Of a DNA stretch of 54,709 nt, positions 47,291 to 54,709 are shown one piece after another. Location of the stretch: positions 1 to 54,709 of the IMG/VR virus record IMGVR_UViG_3300021962_008580, one strand, 5' to 3'. The DNA is from a virus. Lineage: Duplodnaviria; Caudoviricetes. Each line of letters begins with the position of its first letter. Position 1 is the first letter of the stretch. The position numbers and the translations under genes are program-made. The notes below the pieces were generated by a model. That model made no database searches. It saw only the letters and a program-made list of their open reading frames with translations, and was not told where the DNA came from.

Positions 47291-49789
47291 TTATGTTTTC
47301 GGTACCATCTTCACGACTTGTATGGTATTAATCTGTATTGTATATGGGTTGTAAGAAACCGTATAATATAAGTCCTTAGCGATTTTTACTTTAGCGACCC
47401 ATCCCGGCCAATCCCAGCTGACTTCGGGAGGGGTTTCTTTTAAATCTTTTACGTTATACTTTTTTTCATTTGAACTTACATAAGTTTCTTCTGTACTCTG
47501 TTGGTCAATTATTATGTTGTTCCCACAACAATATCTAATCTTTCCTGTACTTCCGTCGTCGCTTGAATTTGCCCACATTCTAAAATACGCACCGTCTTTT
47601 GGATTTAACGTGTCCATAGTTCCTGGAGTTGCTGTGATGGTTGGGTATATTTTACCAAAATGATATACAGATACACATTCTTTTATCGCCAACATGTTAA
47701 AAAGAACATCTATCGAAGGAGGCACTGCTTTCGGTATAGTTGCTGTGCCTGTTCCATACGCGGGATTTGAAATTGTAAAATTGACCTCGGAATCGCTCTT
47801 TTTGGATATGAATACTTTATACGGAGATTTTGCAGGTTCCGTGGAAGAAGTTAAAGCTTTTACCTCAAACTGTCCCTCGGCCACATTAGTCAAAAATTTA
47901 TAGAAATCCTCCGTATCCATAGCCAAATAGTCATTTAATGATAAGATTCTATTTTCTGGGTCCGACATCACTTTATCGGTCGCTCCACTGTATGCCATGC
48001 TGAACGTTCCTTTGTAACTTGATATTACATCTTTGACTAATGCTCTGTCTGCCGCAGATACTTTGGCTATATCTTTTTCCATCAAGGCTCGCATCTCCAT
48101 AGAACTCTTTGCTTTAAAAAAACCACTATATTTTTTTTGTATAAAAGTATTCATTTCGAGCATAAACAACTTTCGACTCAAAAGGTCAGTTGAAATATAC
48201 TGTCCGGTTATCTCATTAGATTTATACCTCTCGTTAAGAGCTCTAGCTTCTTCTATTGCATTTGATGAAGTTGCTCCGATTGTATTATATGCTTCTTCCG
48301 CTTTAATATCTGGGGAAGAAATAGATGTCTCCGTTGCCGGAATTGGCTGTGGAGGTGGAACTGATTGTGGACTTTTATTTGCCAAATCATCTATTTCTTG
48401 AACTGTATTTTTTGATAAATCCGGCGGGGTCGTAGAAGCGTCAGATTGAACAGACTGTTGACTAGATGCTATATCTGTAGCTGTGTTTGGTTGAGAGCTC
48501 TGAGATGTCGTTGGTTCGGATCCTTTTGATAATCCAAAAGCATTATTTATTTTGTTGGTCACCAATCCCGTGACCGCGCTTATTCCTATTCCAGCGGCAA
48601 GCCCAGTGAGAGCTTTCTTTCCAGCAGACCCACCAACCATTCCGGCTATTGCTCCTCCAGCGGCGGCCCCAATTCCCGCCATAGGCACTGTACTCCCCAC
48701 CAACGTCGATCCTATTTGTGCACCTATTCCTCCACCAACCGAACCAGCCAAATTTCCAGCAACGCTTTTTAAATTTACAGATTGGCCAGTAAGTTTTCCA
48801 AGAGCGGCTCCCCCAAGAGCTCCTGTTGCCCCACTTGCAATTGTATTTGCAACTCCACCACCCAAAGACGATCCTATTTTTCCAGTAATTTCACTGGCAC
48901 CATTTGATGCCGCTCCTGCTATTCCGCCAACAACCGCACCAATACCCGCTCCTTTGGCAGCATTTGCCAATAAGTTTTTTCCTCCTCCGGATAAAGCTCC
49001 AGCAACGGCTCCAATTCCAGCCCCGCTTAATGCACCACCAAGAGCCCCAGAAGGTTTTAAAGAATTTAATTTATCTTTTAAACCAGACGCTATATCTTTT
49101 TCCTTCGCCAAATCGGTTATACTTTTTCCAGGAGAAAAATCTGAAACTTTGGACATCAAATTTCCAACTGAATTTTGTTGAAATTTTCCAAGGTCCACGC
49201 CTTTTTCCATAACCCCGCTCATCCCTTTGCCCTGTTCTGGAAGTTCTGGGGCGTTTGCCATTACCTTGGCTCTAGCTGCGCCTTTTAAATTATCCATTCC
49301 ACTTTTTACAGAATCGGTAGCTCCTCCCACCCCAGAAGACAATTTACCGATAGCTGCTCCAGCCAGTCCTCCCACAGCGGCTCCACCCAAGGCTGATCCT
49401 AATTTACCTCCACCAAGTTTACTGATCGCTGTACTTGCCAATCCTCCCGCGGCTGCTCCCCCCAACACACTGCCTATTCCTCCACCAGCCAATTTAGCAG
49501 CGGCTCCGCCGGCGGCTCCGCCTATAGCAGATGCACCAACCTTTCCACCAGCAATCTTACCAATTGCGGCACCGGCCAATCCTCCGACCGCTGCTCCTCC
49601 GGCAATATTTCCTAGATTTCCCAACGCACCTGCCGAAGAACCAGCATTTGAAGAAACTCCACCAATCAAATTATCCAGTTTTGGGGCTTGAACCGAAGGT
49701 ATTGAGACGTTGCCAGCATTTTGTACACTATTTGTAAGAGACAAATTTGGTGCCATCGAAGTGGGAGCTGTAAATTTTGGCAATTCCAT
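47291..49789 (-). CDS. Gly/Ala-rich glycine-zipper protein with a globular C-terminal domain
   Basis: Many GxxxG helical repeats (GAAVGGLAGAAIGK) over the N-terminal ~400 aa. Confidence 0.65.
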   Translation of the reverse strand: MELPKFTAPTSMAPNLSLTNSVQNAGNVSIPSVQAPKLDNLIGGVSSNAGSSAGALGNLGNIAGGAAVGGLAGAAIGKIAGGKVGASAIGGAAGGAAAKLAGGGIGSVLGGAAAGGLASTAISKLGGGKLGSALGGAAVGGLAGAAIGKLSSGVGGATDSVKSGMDNLKGAARAKVMANAPELPEQGKGMSGVMEKGVDLGKFQQNSVGNLMSKVSDFSPGKSITDLAKEKDIASGLKDKLNSLKPSGALGGALSGAGIGAVAGALSGGGKNLLANAAKGAGIGAVVGGIAGAASNGASEITGKIGSSLGGGVANTIASGATGALGGAALGKLTGQSVNLKSVAGNLAGSVGGGIGAQIGSTLVGSTVPMAGIGAAAGGAIAGMVGGSAGKKALTGLAAGIGISAVTGLVTNKINNAFGLSKGSEPTTSQSSQPNTATDIASSQQSVQSDASTTPPDLSKNTVQEIDDLANKSPQSVPPPQPIPATETSISSPDIKAEEAYNTIGATSSNAIEEARALNERYKSNEITGQYISTDLLSRKLFMLEMNTFIQKKYSGFFKAKSSMEMRALMEKDIAKVSAADRALVKDVISSYKGTFSMAYSGATDKVMSDPENRILSLNDYLAMDTEDFYKFLTNVAEGQFEVKALTSSTEPAKSPYKVFISKKSDSEVNFTISNPAYGTGTATIPKAVPPSIDVLFNMLAIKECVSVYHFGKIYPTITATPGTMDTLNPKDGAYFRMWANSSDDGSTGKIRYCCGNNIIIDQQSTEETYVSSNEKKYNVKDLKETPPEVSWDWPGWVAKVKIAKDLYYTVSYNPYTIQINTIQVVKMVPKT

Positions 49790-49792
49790 ATA

Positions 49793-51478
49793 TTATTTTT
49801 TTGATTTTTGAGAATAACCAAAACTATCCGCTTCAACTCTTACCGTTTCGTATTCTTTTTCTATAGCGGAAGGACTTACGGCTACATCCTCTGGAGATTC
49901 TTGTGGAGGTTTTTCGTTTGATTTTCTATCGGAAGAGACCGCAGCAGTACTTGTTTCTGGAGCAAGTTCTCCTCCTGGGAATCCAGGAGCTCCTCCCCCA
50001 CCGACCAAGAAAACTCTTTGACTCATATTCTTCGGAGATTCATCTCTTAGAGCTATAAGTTCTTCTCTAAGCTTTTTCAAAGCATCGACGTGATTTTTCA
50101 TTTTTGACACCCATGCATCTTTTGGTGGTTTTTGCATGTCTTTATGACTATCATCATCGTGAATATGCTTAGCAAGCCATTCTTCGCACAGCTCTATCAT
50201 CCAGTTCGTTTGATTCAATAACCAATTGCACAAACTTATATGCCACAATGTCGTCGTTCTTCCAAGAAGAGCGGGCTCTGCCATTTGATATGCTTCTCCG
50301 AGGAATATCATTGGAGAATTTATAGATGTCATTTCGTTAGTTGTCATTACAATTTGCTTGTGAGCATCTATTGTAAATTCCTCGTCGGTCACCATTGAAA
50401 GACGCTTCTTGGAAAAGTGAAATGTTTCGTTTGCCTTTGATGAAAATATTAGACGATCACTGTTGATGACTATCTGATCACCGTCCAATTTTGGAAATGT
50501 AAATTCTGTACCACCTTCTGGAGAAAACGCCGGTTGTTCTTCCTTTACATCCATCTGATACATAACCTTTTTACAGGTGGTAATGAATTCGGAAACAGTT
50601 TTTCCAGATGTTATATGAATAGAAGAACCATCGTCGTTGATAGACTCGGTAACATACCCTCTCGCTGTAAAACCGGGAGACTCTGGGTCTGTAGAAACTG
50701 GCGCTTGTCGGTTTCTTATTAACGTATATGGATTGCCACCACCTTCTTCATATTCTCCAAGTCCATTGTCATTTTCTCTGTTTGAATCATATGAACCAAA
50801 TCTAACAGACGATCCAAATCTGGATTCTATCAGTGTATCTCCCTCATATCTTTTGAGGGTTCTTATATTTGGATTGAACTTGAAATAACTTCCAACCACT
50901 CCTGTATAATTTTCTCCACCTTCATAGTTCATTTGGGATTGTGGACCCTTCATCGGAACTTCTGGTTGTCCCGCGTATTCATCAAAATTTTGTTCTACCA
51001 ATCCGGCACGTCTTTCAATCGCAAAATCTACATTTGCATTAAGCAATTTCTTTATGTTTATTTTTCTGGTATAATAATATTCGTCCAGATATTTGACAAC
51101 AGCAACGACTTCGTTGAGTAATGGATACTCGGTTATTCCCGTATTTTCCAAAGGACTTGCCCAAAATAAAGTTTCTTTTAACTGTCCTTTTTGGCTATAA
51201 TAAAATCTGAACTTTATTCTACCAATTACTGAATAATCTATTTGGTCTTTGGTTGGCTCTCCACCGGTTATATCTGGTGGAGAATCTTCGGTGGTGAGAT
51301 TATTTTCGTAAAAATATGGATGGTTTTCGTCTAAAATAATATCCAATACCACGGCTGGTTCGAATTCATAAAAATAAACCTTATCTGGTTTATATTCACG
51401 AACAAATCTTTTGGATGCCAAACCGTCTTCTTGAATTCTGGCAGATTCGTAATTTTTTTGTATTACTTCGTATGCCAT
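49793..51478 (-). CDS. Baseplate central spike, gp5-like (OB-fold + beta-helix, no evident lysozyme)
   Basis: GRIKFR...EYPLLNEVV, YEGDTLIESRFGSSVRFG, GDQIVINSDRLIFSSK, EPALLG and HIH; located upstream of gp25/gp6. Confidence 0.65.
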   Translation of the reverse strand: MAYEVIQKNYESARIQEDGLASKRFVREYKPDKVYFYEFEPAVVLDIILDENHPYFYENNLTTEDSPPDITGGEPTKDQIDYSVIGRIKFRFYYSQKGQLKETLFWASPLENTGITEYPLLNEVVAVVKYLDEYYYTRKINIKKLLNANVDFAIERRAGLVEQNFDEYAGQPEVPMKGPQSQMNYEGGENYTGVVGSYFKFNPNIRTLKRYEGDTLIESRFGSSVRFGSYDSNRENDNGLGEYEEGGGNPYTLIRNRQAPVSTDPESPGFTARGYVTESINDDGSSIHITSGKTVSEFITTCKKVMYQMDVKEEQPAFSPEGGTEFTFPKLDGDQIVINSDRLIFSSKANETFHFSKKRLSMVTDEEFTIDAHKQIVMTTNEMTSINSPMIFLGEAYQMAEPALLGRTTTLWHISLCNWLLNQTNWMIELCEEWLAKHIHDDDSHKDMQKPPKDAWVSKMKNHVDALKKLREELIALRDESPKNMSQRVFLVGGGGAPGFPGGELAPETSTAAVSSDRKSNEKPPQESPEDVAVSPSAIEKEYETVRVEADSFGYSQKSKK

Positions 51479-51479
51479 A

Positions 51480-51878
51480 TTACTTCTTTTCTTTATCCTT
51501 GTTTATCTTTTCTTTATCTAGCGGATGAACTGGTTCCTTGGCAGATTTTACAACTTCTTCTACGGTTGACATTAATTGCTTCTTTTCATCTTCGGTAAGT
51601 AGCATCGAACCACCGTCCTCTCCCATCGCTTTACCAGCCATCAATCTTTGGATTATAGCCGCTAGTTTAATGAGTTGTTCGTCGTTTCGTACACCAACAT
51701 CAAAATACTCTTTCAACAACGGCACAATCATTGTAGCGTCGTTTATGGTCTTAATCATTTCACGAAGATCCGTTATCAGAATATCAATCTGATTTTTCTT
51801 CTCTTCCGAGTTCTTTACAATGTCTTTGCAAAGATCGGAAAAATTCTTTCCCTTGAATATTTCAAAATCATTATCCAT
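51480..51878 (-). CDS. Hypothetical helical protein
   Basis: 132-aa ORF with an upstream TATTTATA motif. Confidence 0.7.
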   Translation of the reverse strand: MDNDFEIFKGKNFSDLCKDIVKNSEEKKNQIDILITDLREMIKTINDATMIVPLLKEYFDVGVRNDEQLIKLAAIIQRLMAGKAMGEDGGSMLLTEDEKKQLMSTVEEVVKSAKEPVHPLDKEKINKDKEKK

Positions 51879-51935
51879 CGTATATATAAATAGTCCAATG
51901 GACTAGTTTTTGATATTCCCAAAATAGTTTTTATA

Positions 51936-52793
51936 TTAAATGGAATAAGAATCTATAGTTCCTTTTGAAAAGTACTGGTCGGAAATTTCCTTCTGGGCCA
52001 TCTTCATTTTATTAATAACTTTGGTGATGTGTTGTGTCTGACAACCGGCAATGTCTCGGATATACAAATATAATGCCTTTTTATTAAACACATCTATTCT
52101 TCCACTGTTTCTGAATATTTCAATGACCGCATTGGCAATTTCCAAATCTCTATCTTTGGTGAAATACTTGTGTACATTATTTTCCCAAAACACAACCATC
52201 AATTCTATAAACTCTCTTAACTCCGAATCCCTCTTTTGATGTTCAGGCTCAATAACAAACTCTCCCGAATCGCTTGGGTGTTCACATATTTCAATATGCT
52301 TCTTAAATCTTCGGTAATTGCTATTATTGTCTAATATAAACCAATTTTTAGCAACTATACTGAAATAACTGAATGCTTTTCCTTTTCCAGATTCAAATTT
52401 GTCCATATTTGCTACCATATGTGAGATAGCTTGTTTCTGAACTTCTATTGGACTTACGTCCGAATAACTGAATTTAAATGTATTGTATACATTTTCTGCT
52501 ATTTTCTGAAAGGCACCTTGTATTTTTTCATTATATATTCTGTCTTTTTCTCTTGAATCATTTGATTGATTATATTCAATGATGGCCTTCTCTGTTTCTG
52601 AAGTAAAATACACGTTGGATTTAGATTTCTCCCCAACGATTGGTGAAACTTTTGCTTTTTCCACTGGCTTGGTTTTTTCTTTTTTTATTAAAATAACCTT
52701 TTTTGTTTTGGCGACTTTTTTGGTCTTTTGATTTTTTAATTTCTCGTTGACCTTTTTTATTTTCTTGGTCGCTTTTTTTGATTTTTTCTTCAT
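51936..52793 (-). CDS. Phage RNA polymerase sigma factor, T4 gp55-like (late transcription)
   Basis: YFTSETEKAIIEYN, KIAENV...F.Y and KFESGKGKAFSYFSIVAKNWFI (sigma region 2-like). Confidence 0.7.
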   Translation of the reverse strand: MKKKSKKATKKIKKVNEKLKNQKTKKVAKTKKVILIKKEKTKPVEKAKVSPIVGEKSKSNVYFTSETEKAIIEYNQSNDSREKDRIYNEKIQGAFQKIAENVYNTFKFSYSDVSPIEVQKQAISHMVANMDKFESGKGKAFSYFSIVAKNWFILDNNSNYRRFKKHIEICEHPSDSGEFVIEPEHQKRDSELREFIELMVVFWENNVHKYFTKDRDLEIANAVIEIFRNSGRIDVFNKKALYLYIRDIAGCQTQHITKVINKMKMAQKEISDQYFSKGTIDSYSI

Positions 52794-52796
52794 AGG

Positions 52797-53054
52797 TTAT
52801 TTAACTTTTTCGTTGAATTCTTTTGTTATTCTTAATATTTCCGAAAACACGAATCCAACATCATCATCAGATTCGAATAGTTTTCTGTCATCGACCATTT
52901 TTAATTTTTGATATAATCCTTCGGATTCTTGGCGGAAGGTATTAACCCATTCTTCATATACTTCTATTTTCTTTAAAAGATTATAACAAGCGTATGACAG
53001 AGCTCCAATTATAACTCCCAAAAATATAATCAATATAACCATTAATGTGTTCAT
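52797..53054 (-). CDS. Small membrane-anchored protein
   Basis: Likely start is ATG 53054; N-terminal hydrophobic helix LMVILIIFLGVIIGALSYACY. Confidence 0.7.
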   Translation of the reverse strand: MNTLMVILIIFLGVIIGALSYACYNLLKKIEVYEEWVNTFRQESEGLYQKLKMVDDRKLFESDDDVGFVFSEILRITKEFNEKVK

Positions 53055-53055
53055 G

Positions 53056-53238
53056 TTATTCTTCCAAAACCACCGTGTGGTCATTAAAATTTTCGGAATC
53101 ATAACCAAGTTCTTCGTTTATGATTTCTAGAGCTTCTTCTACTTGAATCCATTTTCTTTCATCTAATGCGTTCGCCAATATCTCTCTGATTTCTTCGAGG
53201 ACATCTGGATCGATAGTATCTTTGTCGTGATTTTTCAT
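53056..53238 (-). CDS. Small acidic hypothetical protein
   Basis: Likely start is ATG 53238, an ATGA overlap with the deformylase stop. Confidence 0.6.
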   Translation of the reverse strand: MKNHDKDTIDPDVLEEIREILANALDERKWIQVEEALEIINEELGYDSENFNDHTVVLEE

Positions 53239-53849
53239 ATGATTTTCCACCCTTCTTTTACAAGGTCTAGTGCCTTCTTGTACTTTATATATTGAGTTTC
53301 TCCATTTTTTTCCACAACAACCTTGTCATTTCTACCATGTTTTACTGCTTTTTTAACTTCAACCACGGCTCTTACAGAGTCATCCGTCATCAATATTCCT
53401 TCCAAATGATCTATTTCATGCTGAATACATACCGATTCAAGTATTCCATAATCTTCTCCCACCGACTGCTGTGTAACTGGTTCGGTTTCTGGTCCAAATG
53501 GAAGTGGGTTGGCGTGATTTAGTGTGCTTACCACCACTTTCAAATTTCTGATTGTATTGGTTCTTTTGCCAGGCAAACTCAAACAACCTTCTACATATCC
53601 GATCTTCTCTTTGCTTCTTTCAACTACGACGGGGTTCATCAGAATAATCGGAGGATTATCTTTTTTAGCTCTTATGACCGATACGCTTTTTGAAATACCA
53701 ATTTGATTGGCAGAAAGTCCTATTCCATACTTCACTTCATCCAAAGCCTCAATCAGCTTCTTTGCTATCTCTTCACCCTCTTCCACCGAAGATACGGGCG
53801 TTGTCTTTTTTCTTAGATAATTTTTGTCCTTGATTATTTTGTACTTCAT
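53235..53849 (-). CDS. def: Peptide deformylase
   Basis: All three motifs present: GIGLSANQIG, EGCLS and QHEIDHLEG. Likely start is ATG 53849. Confidence 0.95.
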   Translation of the reverse strand: MKYKIIKDKNYLRKKTTPVSSVEEGEEIAKKLIEALDEVKYGIGLSANQIGISKSVSVIRAKKDNPPIILMNPVVVERSKEKIGYVEGCLSLPGKRTNTIRNLKVVVSTLNHANPLPFGPETEPVTQQSVGEDYGILESVCIQHEIDHLEGILMTDDSVRAVVEVKKAVKHGRNDKVVVEKNGETQYIKYKKALDLVKEGWKII

Positions 53850-53920
53850 ATGTGAATATATTCGCAATATTCACACATGTATATACACAAATCGTTGAAT
53901 GTCAATATATAATAAATATA

Positions 53921-54709
53921 TTATCTCATCGGACGGCTGAAATGTTCGGTCCTTCTTACCACTGGTGGTGGCGGTGGTGGCTGAATAGGTCTGGCCGGAC
54001 GAACTCTTGGTTGTGGTTCTGTGGGCCCCGACGTATCAGAGGATCCAGAAACTTCAGCTACAGATCCAGAAACTTCAGCTACAGATCCAGAAACTTCAGC
54101 TACAGATCCAGAAACTTCAGCTACAGATGTGGAGTTCTCTTTAAGAGATTTATCATATTTCTCCTCAGGTCCAAAAAATTCTACAACTCCATCAATTTCA
54201 AGAGATGTAAATTCAGAAGAATTGATTTCTTCCGACGATTCCAAAGTCGATGTTAATTTCGGAGTTTCAATTGATTTAGAAACTTCTTCGACCGCAATTT
54301 TGACTGGTTCGGATATCAGAGAAGAGGTTTCTTCAGCTTTAATGGAACCCGTGGTTAAAGATTCTGGCTCTTTAGAAAATGGAAAAGTAAAATTTGATCT
54401 GATAGCTTCCGGTATATGATTTTCTCCACCAAAATTTTGTCTAATAGCTTCCGGTATCTGATTAACTTCGGACATTTCTTTTGGAACCACGACAAACTTG
54501 ATTATTTCTCTGGGAACTTCAACGGTTTTTATGACTTCGACGGTTTTTATTACTTCCACAGGAACTTCGACGGTTTTTATTACTTCCACAGGAACTTCAA
54601 CGGTTTTTATGACTTCTTTTATTATCGCATTTTTTTCTTCTTCTTTTCTTTTTTCTTCTTCTTCTTTTCTTTTTGCTCTTTCCATTTCAACCAAAGAATT
54701 ATAGGCCAA
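53921..54709 (-). CDS. Low-complexity repeat protein (5' end lies outside the window)
   Basis: Open frame from the window edge with VEVIKTVEVP and AEVSGSV repeats and a poly-Pro tail. Confidence 0.75.
   Translation of the reverse strand: MAYNSLVEMERAKRKEEEEKRKEEEKNAIIKEVIKTVEVPVEVIKTVEVPVEVIKTVEVIKTVEVPREIIKFVVVPKEMSEVNQIPEAIRQNFGGENHIPEAIRSNFTFPFSKEPESLTTGSIKAEETSSLISEPVKIAVEEVSKSIETPKLTSTLESSEEINSSEFTSLEIDGVVEFFGPEEKYDKSLKENSTSVAEVSGSVAEVSGSVAEVSGSVAEVSGSSDTSGPTEPQPRVRPARPIQPPPPPPVVRRTEHFSRPMR
54042..54128. repeat. Perfect 21-bp tandem repeat, 4 copies
   Basis: gatccagaaacttcagctaca at 54042, 54063, 54084 and 54105. Confidence 0.95.
54513..54616. repeat. Nested 30/18-bp tandem repeat
   Basis: cggtttttattacttccacaggaacttc(g/a)a twice (54541-54600), flanked by partial copies. 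Confidence 0.9.

Noticed and set aside
48033-49737. Pro/Ala-rich + strand ORFs
   Set aside because: They are antisense shadows of the glycine-zipper gene.
54042-54128. Possible CRISPR array
   Set aside because: The repeats are contiguous with no spacers, lie in frame within a CDS, and no cas genes are visible.
421-54709. Stop-codon reassignment (no called gene ends in TAG)
   Set aside because: All genes are intact under the standard code with no in-frame TAG interruptions, and TAG is rare in AT-rich genomes anyway.
1-54709. tRNA or structured ncRNA genes
   Set aside because: Intergenic gaps are under about 80 nt and AT-rich, and I saw no cloverleaf or T-loop signatures; a tRNAscan/Infernal run would be definitive.

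Overview
This window is a 54.7 kb piece of a large, AT-rich, T4-like (myovirus-type) phage genome. About 37 densely packed genes all lie on the minus strand, and the + strand ORFs are antisense shadows. In transcription order (right to left) the genes are: a repeat-rich protein, peptide deformylase, a gp55-like late sigma factor, a gp5-like spike, a glycine-zipper protein, gp25/gp6/gp7-like baseplate proteins and fibre-attachment proteins. These are followed by RuvC, primase, a fused Mre11-Rad50 (gp47-gp46), a 3096-aa tail fibre with about 1400 aa of Pro-free Gly-Thr/Ser-Ser/Asn triplets, a triple nucleotidyltransferase-fold protein, a 7-gene glycosylation operon, large terminase, portal and head-region genes. 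The leading hypothesis is a phage protein-glycosylation system. It consists of two TibC/Aah-type heptosyltransferases, an HldA-type heptose kinase, a double GT4, FkbM methyltransferases, an SDR, a Zn-dehydrogenase and a ThDP enzyme, encoded near a giant Ser/Thr-rich collagen-like fibre that could be its substrate. Also notable are a possible protease-processed nucleotidyltransferase polyprotein and a recurring ATATTTATA upstream motif. All calls come from motif recognition by eye; no database searches were run.
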